DNA of 64,000 nucleotides from Candidatus Geocrenenecus arthurdayi (GCA_023539395.1 JAKCEX010000004.1:158-64157); one strand, 5' to 3'. Shown: positions 38,042 through 48,303, numbered from the stretch's first letter. Translations and numbers: made by a program. Notes: generated by a model not told the origin, from the sequence alone.

Positions 38042-40231
38042 TTATTCTTCTTCTACGAAATCTGATATCTTAGGTATGCTTAATGGGAGCCCCTTTCTTT
38101 TTCTTATCTCTTCTATGACTTTATCTCTTATTGATGAAGGCACGGGCTTCCAAGCATAGAATTCTGTTGCCCAGAATGCTTTGCCCATTGTTGCTCCACG
38201 CATGACCTCGCTTAAATCAAAGGTCTCAGCGGCGGGGATCTCTCCAGAGACCACCGTTATATATTCTTGTTGAGTAATCTGTAGGATTCTACCTCTCTTA
38301 GATGTTACAACGCTTGTCACTGCACCCATTAAGTCTGGTGGAACTTTAGCTTCAATCTTTAAAACTGGTTCAAGAAGTATTGGGTTTGCACTTAATATGC
38401 TTGCATACATGCTTCTCCAAGTTGCTGGAGCTATCTGAGCATATCCTCTATGAACAGGGTCTTCATGTAGTTCAACATTTACCAATATAGCTTTTATACC
38501 ACGCATATTCTCTCCAGCTAATGGGCCTTCCTGTACAACCCTCTGGAATCCTCCAATAATCATCATCTTACTTTCTTGAAGGTATTGTGCACCCTTAGTC
38601 ATGTCAACAAGGATGTTCCCTCTAGGATCAATCGCCCAGACACCTCTTGCCATATCTGCATCCCATCCATAGTCTCTAAGTATCTTAGCTATCTGTTTTC
38701 TATCCATCTCATCGAATAACTCTCCTCTTCTAATAAGCTCTATAATCTCTTCTTCAAGCGGCTCAACTTGAATATAGATTCTATTATGCCTATTGGGGGA
38801 TTTCCCTTCAAATACTCTACCTTTTTGGGTAATGGTTTCTCTGTAGAGGATTATCGGTTTACTAGCTACTACTTCAAGGCCAGCTTTAGCTATCCATGTT
38901 AAAGCAATCTCTAGATGAAGTGTACCCATACCGCTTATCAGGTATTCGCCTGTTTCAGGTCTTACAGTAGTTACAAGGGTGGGGTCTTCAATGCTAAGCT
39001 TATTCAAGAAGTCTACTAGCTTTGGGAGGTCTCTACTATGCTTAGGTTCAACAGATATTGTAACAACTGGTTCAGATACATACTTTAAAGATTCAAAAGG
39101 TATAGTTTCGATAGTTGCTAAAGTATCCCCCGCTCTAGCTTCTTCTATACCGAGGAGTGCGGGAATATTCCCTGCGGGTAGAGTTCCAACAATCTCTCTA
39201 TTTGGACCCATGTAAACCGTAACCTGCTGAATCCTCTTCTTAATGTTTCTTCCAACTATTAGTATGTAGTCTCCCTCATTTACAGTTCCACTGAATAGCC
39301 TTCCAGTGGCCACTACTCCAGCTTGCGGATCAACTTTTACATCTGTAACAGCCATTACTACTGGTCCTTTCTCATCACAGTTCAACATTGCTTCTCCTAC
39401 TTCATCTTCTATATTTCCTTTCCAGATCTTCGGTATCCTATACTTCTGAGCAATATGCGGTGGAGGGTGATGCATTACAACCATCTCAAGTATAGCTTCA
39501 TGGAGAGGCGTATTCTCCCTAAGCCATTCTATATCATTGTTTGTGAAAGCTTTTAGAACATCTGAGAATTTTATTCCCTTCTTTTGAGCTTGCTGGAGCG
39601 TGAACCCCCATCTATCCTTCGCACTACCAATAGCTACATTGCCCGCTTGAAAGCTTACCTTCCACTTTTCTCTATACTCTGGCTCAGCATACATCTCTAT
39701 CAGCCTATTAACTTCTAAGACTATCCTCCCCAAGGTTTCCTGTATCTTCTCAGGAGTAAGTCTAAGTTCTTTAATTAATCTATCGATCTTATTGATGTAT
39801 AATACTGGCTTTACTCTTTCTTGGACAGCTTGCCTAATAACAGTTTCAGTCTGCGTCATTACTCCTTCAACAGCATCTACGACCACTACCGCTCCATCTA
39901 TAGCTCTCAACGCCCTAGTTACTCTACCACTAAAATCTACGTGACCTGGAGTATCTATCAAGTTTATCACGTATGGTTTACTGTCCATCTCATAGTAGAG
40001 AGATATATTAGCAGCCTTGATAGTCATCTGCCTTTGCTGTTCTTCTTCTAGGTAGTCTAGTGCTAAGGCTTTTCCAGCTAATGTTGGAGAAAGTAAACCT
40101 GCAGCTGCGAGTAAGCTATCAGTCGTAGTAGTCTTACCATGGTCTACATGGGCAATTATACCTATATTTCGGATCTGGTCTTTCTGGTGGAGTATATCTA
40201 AAATTTCTGAGATCTTCTTAACCCTAGGCAT
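38042..40231 (-). CDS. fusA: Translation elongation factor 2 (aEF-2)
   Basis: AHVDHGKTT, DTPGHVDF, NKID and the diphthamide loop HEDPVHRG. Start taken at MPRVKK (40231), which follows GGGGGAGAGGAG; the ORF extends to 40261. Confidence 0.95.
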   Translation of the reverse strand: MPRVKKISEILDILHQKDQIRNIGIIAHVDHGKTTTTDSLLAAAGLLSPTLAGKALALDYLEEEQQRQMTIKAANISLYYEMDSKPYVINLIDTPGHVDFSGRVTRALRAIDGAVVVVDAVEGVMTQTETVIRQAVQERVKPVLYINKIDRLIKELRLTPEKIQETLGRIVLEVNRLIEMYAEPEYREKWKVSFQAGNVAIGSAKDRWGFTLQQAQKKGIKFSDVLKAFTNNDIEWLRENTPLHEAILEMVVMHHPPPHIAQKYRIPKIWKGNIEDEVGEAMLNCDEKGPVVMAVTDVKVDPQAGVVATGRLFSGTVNEGDYILIVGRNIKKRIQQVTVYMGPNREIVGTLPAGNIPALLGIEEARAGDTLATIETIPFESLKYVSEPVVTISVEPKHSRDLPKLVDFLNKLSIEDPTLVTTVRPETGEYLISGMGTLHLEIALTWIAKAGLEVVASKPIILYRETITQKGRVFEGKSPNRHNRIYIQVEPLEEEIIELIRRGELFDEMDRKQIAKILRDYGWDADMARGVWAIDPRGNILVDMTKGAQYLQESKMMIIGGFQRVVQEGPLAGENMRGIKAILVNVELHEDPVHRGYAQIAPATWRSMYASILSANPILLEPVLKIEAKVPPDLMGAVTSVVTSKRGRILQITQQEYITVVSGEIPAAETFDLSEVMRGATMGKAFWATEFYAWKPVPSSIRDKVIEEIRKRKGLPLSIPKISDFVEEE

Positions 40232-40659
40232 CTCCTCTCCCCCATTACCAGCTTCTCCCATCTATTTAACGCTACTGATTCAAAACAGTTAGAACTCTCT
40301 AGAGATCCAAGCATAAATTATAATCCGTATAGAGACTAAAATAGATTACATTCTTCATTGAAGCTGACCTGTGCTACTTGATAATCTATTAATTAAGTCG
40401 GATCTTCAACACCAGTGACTCGGTAAGCTATCGACTAGTTAAATAAAGTAAAGGATTAAAATCATTAAGTCTCCATTTACTTAATTCGGTAATCCTTATT
40501 TTTTCACTTATTTAAGATATCTGTCAATCTATTATCTTAATATTGAGAGGATGAAAATACTCTAGTCAGCTGTAGTAGTGTAGCGGGACCCATAATTCTC
40601 ATTAATAGGCTAACCTAGATTGAGTGCTCAAGGTCTATTCTTTCAATGATGGGTATGCA

Positions 40660-41010
40660 TCAGGTTTCTATGTCTGGTCTTCGTGCTAGGTTAATATAGT
40701 CTGTTCGGGGTGGTACAAACACGTCTATTACTGATACTTCTTCAATGGCGTAGAATCCATGTTCCTCATTAGCTGGGATAAAATATGAATCGCCTTCTGA
40801 AACTTCTATCTTGTCTTTTCTTGTTTTAAAGTATCCTCTTCCTTTAATAATTAGCCCATACTGGGATTGGGGATGACTATGTAAAGGTACCTCGGCACCA
40901 GCTTTAATGTTAAACATCATTAAGAGACAATTATCATCATAGCTTAACGGGATCGTTGAAATCCCTTCTCTAATACTTATCCAAGATGCTTTTCTCCAGA
41001 CTTTAACCAT
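40660..41010 (-). CDS. Cupin-domain protein
   Basis: Cupin motifs: G.E.PLHSHP...(G) and G....IP....H. 116 aa. Confidence 0.75.
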   Translation of the reverse strand: MVKVWRKASWISIREGISTIPLSYDDNCLLMMFNIKAGAEVPLHSHPQSQYGLIIKGRGYFKTRKDKIEVSEGDSYFIPANEEHGFYAIEEVSVIDVFVPPRTDYINLARRPDIET

Positions 41011-41040
41011 GAGATCATTATGGAAGTCTTCGATTAATTA

Positions 41041-41625
41041 GTGTTTCCCATTTTCAGTGGAGTCTCCAAGAAATATATCTTAGTAAATTCACTAATTTTA
41101 CGGAGTAACTTGGACAAGCCTGTTTCCGATATAAAACTTGCATGTAGGTTCTATCAAGAACCAGCAGGATGGGAAAGGATATCATCAAATCTATCTTCAA
41201 ATGGGTGGATAAAAATAGATAGAAGAGTAGTAAAAAAAGATGAATTAGAAATCGAGTATACTGTAGAAAGTATTGATAGATTGGAGATTCTATTATCATT
41301 AAAAAGTAGGGCTGGTTTCCCGAATGTGGAGACTTTTAAGAAACTCCTTGAATGCTTACTAACCGATTGCTGGTATATTGATGTTTACTATTGTTTTAGG
41401 AATATCAATGTAGAGAGTATTGCTAGAGAACTAGGTTTGGATTCTAACTCTAATGAAGTAAAGAGGTTGAAGCTTGGAGGTTCTGAAATCCTAGTTGAGG
41501 CATACCCATCTGTCGGTAAGATTATAGTAAGCCAAAGAATTAGTTTAAGAGATATTAACTATATTGAAAAAATCTACTCGAAGCTTTTTAGGAAAATCTT
41601 AACAAATGAGGTGAGCCAAAATTGA
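41041..41625 (+). CDS. Hypothetical protein, first gene of the crenactin operon (arcadin-1 position)
   Basis: 194-aa ORF with a GTG start and no internal Met. Its stop overlaps the crenactin start (TTG at 41622, preceded by GAGGTGA). No motif recognised. Confidence 0.5.
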   Translation: MFPIFSGVSKKYILVNSLILRSNLDKPVSDIKLACRFYQEPAGWERISSNLSSNGWIKIDRRVVKKDELEIEYTVESIDRLEILLSLKSRAGFPNVETFKKLLECLLTDCWYIDVYYCFRNINVESIARELGLDSNSNEVKRLKLGGSEILVEAYPSVGKIIVSQRISLRDINYIEKIYSKLFRKILTNEVSQN

Positions 41626-42890
41626 GTGAAGAGTACAAACGTTCACATGTATTTGGGATAGACTATGGTACAAGCGATTTTAAGTATGGTCCTATAACGA
41701 TCGGTGAGGTGCCTGAAGTAACAGAGAATAGAGGATACTTTACTGAAAAGAACTCTATTATGTCTAGAGTGATGGGTGTAAGTAGAGATATCGTAGTCGG
41801 AAAAGAACTCCCATTATTCCTTGAATCAAGAGAAGATGTTGCAGAAAGGCTGGTGTATCCCATGAGGAATGGTATAGTGGAGAGGAATGATGCGAAAGCT
41901 TGGCAAGTAACAAAAGAATTAACTAGGTATGCTCTTGAAAACTTTGCTCCAAGTGACCCAGATTTTAGAGGATTCTATGTTGTTGCAAGTTTAGCGGTCG
42001 TAGCTCCTAGATACATGTATGAACAATTATTCGATATATTTGGAGAACTAAATACTGAAAGAATGCTTGTTAGAGCTGCTACGATAATCCCTCAACCTCT
42101 AGCGGTAGCTATTGCTCATAAGATTCCAACATGTGTAGTTGTTGAAAGCGGTCATGGAAATACCCAGGTATGCCCAATCTCGATGTACCCAATAAGAAAT
42201 GCAGTTTTAGCCCTCAATAGGGGTGGAAGCGCAGCCAATATTTTAACTTCGGAGATTCTCAAAGATACTGGTTATGGAGACTTAGCTAAAGAAGAAAAAC
42301 TAGTTAGAAGAGTTAAAGAGCAGATAGGACTCCTACCTAGACGGCTTGAAGAAGCTATAGATTTTGCAAGGAGGAATCCAGACAAAGTTAAAAGGGAGAT
42401 AAGGATAGAAGGTACGAGGATTAAGATAGACCTAGGAGATGAAAGTTGGACAAGATTTTTGATCGGTGAATATGTTTTCAATCCTGGGCATGAGATCTTT
42501 CAAAGCTACTTCAAAAGAGGAATGCCTAGACCAAGTGATGTCAAGATAGGAGATACATACTTCTATGGAATGACAGATATGGCGGAAGCTATAATTCAAG
42601 CAGTTGAGAAATGCTCTATTGAACTTCAACCCCACCTATATTCTAAGATAATCTTGTCAGGTGGAAACTTTAACTGGAATACACCTAGAGGATTAGAAGG
42701 AGTCGCCGTTACTTCAGATGAAAAGATAAGGATTATGTTGAAAGAGAAGGGGATAGAGAATATCCAGGCAACTGTTGCTAGAGAACCAACATACTCTGTG
42801 TGGAGAGGATGCATAGTCTACGGATATGCTGTTCCCTATGATTTTAAGTGGAGATGGGAGAGAATGGAGGGATGGTTAAATTATGCGTAG
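41622..42890 (+). CDS. cren-1: Crenactin (archaeal actin homologue)
   Basis: Actin-fold phosphate-1 motif FGIDYGTSDFKYGPI, plus IIPQPLAVAIA, VVESGHGNTQV, ILSGGNFNW and YSVWRGCIVYGYA. It aligns along its whole length with Pyrobaculum crenactin as I recall it. Confidence 0.88.
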   Translation: MSEEYKRSHVFGIDYGTSDFKYGPITIGEVPEVTENRGYFTEKNSIMSRVMGVSRDIVVGKELPLFLESREDVAERLVYPMRNGIVERNDAKAWQVTKELTRYALENFAPSDPDFRGFYVVASLAVVAPRYMYEQLFDIFGELNTERMLVRAATIIPQPLAVAIAHKIPTCVVVESGHGNTQVCPISMYPIRNAVLALNRGGSAANILTSEILKDTGYGDLAKEEKLVRRVKEQIGLLPRRLEEAIDFARRNPDKVKREIRIEGTRIKIDLGDESWTRFLIGEYVFNPGHEIFQSYFKRGMPRPSDVKIGDTYFYGMTDMAEAIIQAVEKCSIELQPHLYSKIILSGGNFNWNTPRGLEGVAVTSDEKIRIMLKEKGIENIQATVAREPTYSVWRGCIVYGYAVPYDFKWRWERMEGWLNYA

Positions 42891-43563
42891 AAGACCAACA
42901 ATAGAAGATATAATATCTAGCCTACTAATAGATGAGGGTTTCTATGAGATATCGAGAAACAATGGATCAATGGAGGTGGATAGTCAACTAATCCTTTCTG
43001 ATGGTAAAGTAGAGATTGCTGTAAATATTCTAAGTGAAGATTCATGCAATTCAAGATCAATGGTTCATGAAACCTTAATTGAGACCCTGAAACTTCAAAA
43101 TAAATACGATGGCGTAATTCTTGCAGTACCGAGAAGATACTCAAAAATTATTGATGAAAGCGTCTTAGTTAAGTATGGGGTAGGCTTGATAATCTATGAT
43201 ATGATGGGAGCTGAAGAAATTATACCTCCAAGACTAAACAATAATAGAAAAGAAAAAGTAGAAGATACTCGAAAAAATACTCAGAATACTCCCATCAATG
43301 AGATTGCACTTCTAAGGTCTGAGGTCTCTAGGATTACGAGGATCCTTGAAGAAATGGAAGCTAGACTTGATAGATTAGAGAGAGAACAGAGAATACTAGC
43401 TAGTAGGATTAGTGAGCTGGAAAAAACGAAGCCCTCTATAATCGGTGAAGAAAGAATAAGCCAGGTAGTTAAGAGTAAAGCTTCAACCTATAGTAGTGAA
43501 GAGGCTCTCCCCTCCTATCTTAGGGATAATCCTTGGGTTGACATACTCTCTAAGAGGGCGTGA
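42883..43563 (+). CDS. Coiled-coil protein downstream of crenactin (arcadin-2-like by position and architecture)
   Basis: Its start overlaps the crenactin stop by 8 nt. It has an N-terminal alpha/beta domain of about 110 aa, a heptad coiled coil (LLRSEVSRITRILEEMEARLDRLEREQRILASRISELEK) and a short conserved-looking C-terminal tail (LPSYLRDNPWVDILSKRA). Confidence 0.5.
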   Translation: MRRRPTIEDIISSLLIDEGFYEISRNNGSMEVDSQLILSDGKVEIAVNILSEDSCNSRSMVHETLIETLKLQNKYDGVILAVPRRYSKIIDESVLVKYGVGLIIYDMMGAEEIIPPRLNNNRKEKVEDTRKNTQNTPINEIALLRSEVSRITRILEEMEARLDRLEREQRILASRISELEKTKPSIIGEERISQVVKSKASTYSSEEALPSYLRDNPWVDILSKRA

Positions 43564-44351
43564 ATACTCTGAGGATAATAGTTCTAGGGTCAGGCTCAAT
43601 AATTCCGACAAAAAATAGATTCTCAACATCATTTCTCATAGAGTATTCTATGGGTAGAATACTCTTAGATATTGGACCAGGAACTATAGAGAAATTGAGG
43701 AGGAGGCATATTCACCCCAATTCTATTGATAGATTATTTATAACTCATTTCCACTTAGACCATACACTTGATCTTCCAGCATTGATAAAGATTAGGATGT
43801 TTAATGAGCTCGGTGGTCCTCTCCAAAACCCTCAAATTCTTAACATCTACGGTCCAACTGGTCTATCAAGCTTTATAGATAAATTGTGTTCTCATGGAGG
43901 TGTATACGGGTATCTTTCAGAAATGATGGGTAATCTAGATTTTCTTAGAATCCACGAAGTAGGAGAAGGTCTCGTAGAAGAATCAGGCAACCTTAGAGTT
44001 TATGCTGTATCTGTTGAGCATTATAATGGTTTAGCTTATAGGCTGGAAATAGATAACGTAAGCATAGCTTATTCTGGAGACTCTATCTACGATGAGAGGA
44101 TGATAAAGCTTGCAGAAGGCGTAGACATCCTCATACATGAATGTTCATTCCCAAAAGAATTACTCTTAGGAAAACATACTTCCGATGAAGAATTAATAGA
44201 GATTGGGAGAAGAACGAAGCCTAAGCTGCTCCTTGTAAATCATCTATATCCAGCTTGGGAAGGGAGAGAAAAAGAGCTTGAAGACAAACTTAGAAAAAAT
44301 ACTGAATGTAAAGTCTACGTAGTAAAAGATATGGATATTATATACGTATAA
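43560..44351 (+). CDS. Metallo-beta-lactamase-fold hydrolase (RNase Z/BN-like)
   Basis: HFHLDHTLD (HxHxDH) and downstream His/Asp ligands. The GTG start overlaps the preceding stop by 4 nt. Confidence 0.75.
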   Translation: MNTLRIIVLGSGSIIPTKNRFSTSFLIEYSMGRILLDIGPGTIEKLRRRHIHPNSIDRLFITHFHLDHTLDLPALIKIRMFNELGGPLQNPQILNIYGPTGLSSFIDKLCSHGGVYGYLSEMMGNLDFLRIHEVGEGLVEESGNLRVYAVSVEHYNGLAYRLEIDNVSIAYSGDSIYDERMIKLAEGVDILIHECSFPKELLLGKHTSDEELIEIGRRTKPKLLLVNHLYPAWEGREKELEDKLRKNTECKVYVVKDMDIIYV

Positions 44352-44436
44352 CCTAGATACTCTGCCCAGTTGATCATGCATCCATGATAAACTATAGTTT
44401 TAAAGAGGAGTTAACCTACCTAGAAAGTGGTGAGAA

Positions 44437-44958
44437 TTGATCTTAAGTGATTTCGACCTCTGGGCATACATTAAGGGCGGCCGCCTGATAATAGAGCCTT
44501 TTGATGAATCTATAGTTAGAGAGAATGGTGTAGACCTTAGAATAGGTAGGATGGTTGCTAGAATGAAGAAAACTGATAAGCCCCTAGACACTAGGAATAC
44601 AGAGAAGATCGAGGAATTCTATACTATCGAAGAAGGAGAAGACTTCATCATATGGCCTCATGAACACGTCCTACTCCATACTCTTGAGTATATCAAGCTT
44701 CCAGTAGACTTGATGGGTTTCGTAAACCTGAGGAGCAGCTACGCAAGAGTTGGATTAACGATCCCACCAACAATCATTGATGCAAACTTTGAAGGAGAAC
44801 TAACTATCGAGCTTGTAGGCGGAGACTTCCCAGTAAAGCTTTACCGAGGAGATAGATTCCTACATGTCGTCTTCGCTAAGCTCTCATCTGCTGTAGAGAA
44901 ACCATACCAAGGGAGATATCAAGGGCAGAGAGGGGTTAGGCTACCCTCATTTAAGTAA
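44437..44958 (+). CDS. dcd: dCTP deaminase / dUTPase family protein
   Basis: MILSDFDL N-terminus, ENGVDLRIG, and a GF.....S..AR.GL core. TTG start after GGTGAG. Confidence 0.85.
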   Translation: MILSDFDLWAYIKGGRLIIEPFDESIVRENGVDLRIGRMVARMKKTDKPLDTRNTEKIEEFYTIEEGEDFIIWPHEHVLLHTLEYIKLPVDLMGFVNLRSSYARVGLTIPPTIIDANFEGELTIELVGGDFPVKLYRGDRFLHVVFAKLSSAVEKPYQGRYQGQRGVRLPSFK

Positions 44959-45340
44959 CATCTTCAATATACATTAATGGGTAACCTAACTCATCAATCC
45001 ACCTCATTCTTGCTTTAACTTTTACATCACCATATTCTACTATGACTTTAACATCAAGAGATTCTGGAGTAATTACACCATAATTGTATGGCTCAATTAA
45101 CCCTCTTGCAATTTTCTCAGCATTAATCTTTATCTCTATATCTGCTCTAAATGGCTGGGTACAGAAGGCATTGCTTAAAGCTCTCTCAAGTTCTTCCTTC
45201 TTCCATAAGTTCACAGGCATACCTACAAGCTGGTGGAAGATTGCTCCAAGAGATACTCCAGCCTCGAATATCGCATGCTCTCTATCAGTCAATTCTGAAA
45301 AATATTTTAGAGCTGATGGATTATGTCTTTTAGAAACCAT
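44951..45340 (-). CDS. Archaeal-type dihydroneopterin aldolase-like protein (MptD family)
   Basis: About 125 aa, DREHAIFEAGVSLGAIFHQLVGMPV pattern as I recall it for PF04038. Confidence 0.5.
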   Translation of the reverse strand: MVSKRHNPSALKYFSELTDREHAIFEAGVSLGAIFHQLVGMPVNLWKKEELERALSNAFCTQPFRADIEIKINAEKIARGLIEPYNYGVITPESLDVKVIVEYGDVKVKARMRWIDELGYPLMYIEDVT

Positions 45341-45465
45341 AAATGATTACATAGCTAACTAGTAGAAAAATCTTATTTGAAGAGAGCATAGATAGAAGCT
45401 TAAGACGTAATATAGAAATATTTAACAATTCCTTAAAGAGAAGTATACTTGGGGACTACTGGAAG

Positions 45466-46617
45466 TTGAGTATAGTATTGTATAGGCCTGATGCAGTACT
45501 GGTATGGCGGAATGATGAAGTTGTAAAAAGACTAAGATGGTATAGGTCGGTTATGTTGAATAAGACTCCAGCGAAGTTTATGATATTAAAGTCTATCCCT
45601 GTAGATGTCAAGCTTGATGATGCTTCAGATGAAGAATTATGGAAACATAATGATGAACTACATAGAGAAGCCTTAAAGTTATTCGATGAATATTTTGAGA
45701 AGGATGCTAATCCAGCCAAATTGAAGATTGTGGAGCCTTCTTTCTTAGACTTAAAGATTAATCTTGCATACCGTATATTGAAGAAATGTCATTTCTGTGA
45801 ATGGAGATGTGGTGTCAATAGAATGGAAGGGCGAATAGGCGTATGTAAACTCGACCATAGAGGGTATGTCTCTAGCTTCTTCCATCATTATGGTGAAGAA
45901 GCACCCCTAATAGGAATAGAAGGTAAGGGAGGATCAGGTACAATCTTCTTTGCATCATGCACCTTCCACTGTGTATTTTGCCAGAACTGGGATATCTCAC
46001 AACCTAGTGGAAGCATTTCGGATGCAGGTGTAGAATCTGATGCAAGGAGGCTTGCATCTATAGCTAGAAGGCTTAGGATAGATGGAGCGGCGAATATAAA
46101 TTATGTTGGAGGTGAGCCTACGCCTAATCTCCACATAATCCTTGAATCTCTTAAGTATCTAGATGTAAATGTCCCAATCTTATGGAATAGTAATATGTAT
46201 ATGAGTGAAGAAGCAATGAAACTTCTAGTAGATATCGTTGATATATGGTTACCAGACTTCAAGTATTGGAGTGATGAGTGTGCTAAGAGGCTTTCAAAAG
46301 TCGGCTCAAAGAAGGGTTATAGAGAAGTAGTAACTAGAAACCATCTAATTGCCTCAGAGAATGGCGATATGATTATTAGGCACCTTGTACTCCCAAACCA
46401 TCTTGAATGTGATACTAAGCCGATACTTAAATGGATAGCAGATAACATCAAAGATAAGGTTCTAGTGAATATTATGGAGCAGTATAGACCTGAACATAAA
46501 GTCATCTTAAAGCCTGAACTCTATAAAGATATTGCTAGAAGACCGTACAGAGAAGAAATACTAGAAGCATACAATTATGCAAAACAGCTAGGAATAATCT
46601 ATGAACCAGTATCATAA
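45466..46617 (+). CDS. Radical SAM enzyme, activase-like (PflX/COG1313 or AmrS-like)
   Basis: CTFHCVFCQNWDIS cluster motif and an upstream C-x2-C-x-C-G region (CHFCEWRCGVNR). Confidence 0.8.
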   Translation: MSIVLYRPDAVLVWRNDEVVKRLRWYRSVMLNKTPAKFMILKSIPVDVKLDDASDEELWKHNDELHREALKLFDEYFEKDANPAKLKIVEPSFLDLKINLAYRILKKCHFCEWRCGVNRMEGRIGVCKLDHRGYVSSFFHHYGEEAPLIGIEGKGGSGTIFFASCTFHCVFCQNWDISQPSGSISDAGVESDARRLASIARRLRIDGAANINYVGGEPTPNLHIILESLKYLDVNVPILWNSNMYMSEEAMKLLVDIVDIWLPDFKYWSDECAKRLSKVGSKKGYREVVTRNHLIASENGDMIIRHLVLPNHLECDTKPILKWIADNIKDKVLVNIMEQYRPEHKVILKPELYKDIARRPYREEILEAYNYAKQLGIIYEPVS

Positions 46618-46684
46618 TCTAGCTTTACTCTGAGAACTTTCAAGAAAGAATGATTTATTATCCAGTAGTTGGATAAAGTTATTC

Positions 46685-47869
46685 ATGGATTTTGAAAAAT
46701 TAAGATCGGATTTCCCCCTCCTCTCCCGCTACACGTATCTAGATACTGCTTCCAGCGGAGCCATGTCAAAGCAAGTTCACAGAGCTATAGTTGAGTTTAT
46801 TGATAAATGGTTATATGAAGGCGAGGATTGGAATAGGGTTATAAAAGATGTAATTGATGCTCGTAGATTATTTTCTTCGATGGTCGGAGTTAAAGAAGAT
46901 GAAGTAGCACTTATACCAAATACATCTACAGGATTAATCGCTGCTGCTTCCTCAATAAAATGGAAGAGAGGATCAAACATAGTAATTGCTGAACATAATT
47001 TCCCAACAAATTTCAATGTTTTCTCATCTCTCTTAAGGAATAGGATGATTAGAGAAATCAAAGTTGCAAGATATATTGATGGAAGAATCCCCATTGAACA
47101 ATATGAAAAAATGGTAGATGAACATACTCAACTAGTATCAGTAGACTTAGTTGGATGGCTTACAGGATACGTTGAAGACTTGAGAACAATCTCTAAAATA
47201 GCTCATGAAAAAGGAGCTCTAGTCTTAAGCGACATATTCCATGCTGTAGGAGTATTCCCGGTTAATCTAAGAAGTCTAGATATTGATATAGCTGTATGTG
47301 GTTCATACAAGTGGCTACTAGCACCTAGTGGAGCAGCATTCCTATACATTAGGAGAGAACTACTAGATACTGTCTTAACAAATTGTTGGACAGGCTGGCT
47401 AGGTGTAAAAGACTCTATAATTGAGAGGATGGTTAGAGGAGAGACTAGATTATTTGAGAAACCTCTACCTTTACTAGATTCTCAACCAGCTAGTAGCACT
47501 TCTAGATATGAATGGGGTAGCTGGGCTGGGCCAACCGTAATTGGGTTAGCGGAATCTCTTAGATTCTTTCAGAAAATCAATATAGAATCCAGCTGGAGAA
47601 GAATACAGAATCTTACATCAATTCTCATAAATGAATTAGTTGAGAAGAATTTCAGAATCTTCTCTCCAATTGAGAAAGATAGAATAAGTGGGATAGTAAG
47701 TCTTTCAACGAAAAATTCCTATGATATTGCTGAAAAATTATTAACGGATAAGATCGTAGTCTCTGCTAGACCGGGAATCCTAAGAATATCTGTAGACTTC
47801 TATAATAATGAAGAAGATATTGAAAGGATTACATACAAGCTTACAGAAATGAAGGCGGCTACACCTTAA
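46685..47869 (+). CDS. Class V PLP-dependent aminotransferase / cysteine desulfurase-like enzyme
   Basis: Fold-type I layout, with the PLP-binding Lys in CGSYKWLLAP and DIFHAVG. Confidence 0.8.
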   Translation: MDFEKLRSDFPLLSRYTYLDTASSGAMSKQVHRAIVEFIDKWLYEGEDWNRVIKDVIDARRLFSSMVGVKEDEVALIPNTSTGLIAAASSIKWKRGSNIVIAEHNFPTNFNVFSSLLRNRMIREIKVARYIDGRIPIEQYEKMVDEHTQLVSVDLVGWLTGYVEDLRTISKIAHEKGALVLSDIFHAVGVFPVNLRSLDIDIAVCGSYKWLLAPSGAAFLYIRRELLDTVLTNCWTGWLGVKDSIIERMVRGETRLFEKPLPLLDSQPASSTSRYEWGSWAGPTVIGLAESLRFFQKINIESSWRRIQNLTSILINELVEKNFRIFSPIEKDRISGIVSLSTKNSYDIAEKLLTDKIVVSARPGILRISVDFYNNEEDIERITYKLTEMKAATP

Positions 47870-48303
47870 GTAGATTTAATGATCCTTACTGGGTCTTCTG
47901 ATATATCAATTACTCCTGGGGATATGTCTTCTAGTAGGAAACCATAGTGACTCTCCAGTTCCTCCATTTCCTTACTTAAAATCTCGTATTCATCATTAAT
48001 GTATAGTTCTTTTTCACGGTTTCTACATCTATGTATGATTTTTTCTCCAGATTTTACATAGTATGCTTCTACATTCCTGGTTTTTTTACATACTAGAATT
48101 ATCCATCTTCCATCATCTTTGGGTTCTGGTAGGAGACCATCAGTTGGGGATGTATAACCTGGAGACCTATACCCAGCTCTTACTCTACCGCATCTTCTAC
48201 ACTTCCAGTATTCAAAGACTTTAAGCAAGCTCTTCCCATCAAAGATGTTTACAAGCCCACCGTAAACATATTCATGACTACACTCACTCATATTCTTACT
48301 CAC
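47866..48303 (-). CDS. Hypothetical Cys-containing protein (possible zinc ribbon)
   Basis: 145 aa, CSHEY...CRRCGR. Overlaps the upstream MBL hydrolase gene by 4 nt. Confidence 0.5.
   Translation of the reverse strand: MSKNMSECSHEYVYGGLVNIFDGKSLLKVFEYWKCRRCGRVRAGYRSPGYTSPTDGLLPEPKDDGRWIILVCKKTRNVEAYYVKSGEKIIHRCRNREKELYINDEYEILSKEMEELESHYGFLLEDISPGVIDISEDPVRIIKST

Noticed and set aside
40555-40640. GTAGTAGTGTAGCGGGACCC... segment in the 400-nt EF-2/cupin spacer that superficially resembles a tRNA 5' half
   Set aside because: I could not fold an acceptor, anticodon or T arm. The GC content is far below that of the genuine tRNA at 56792-56886.
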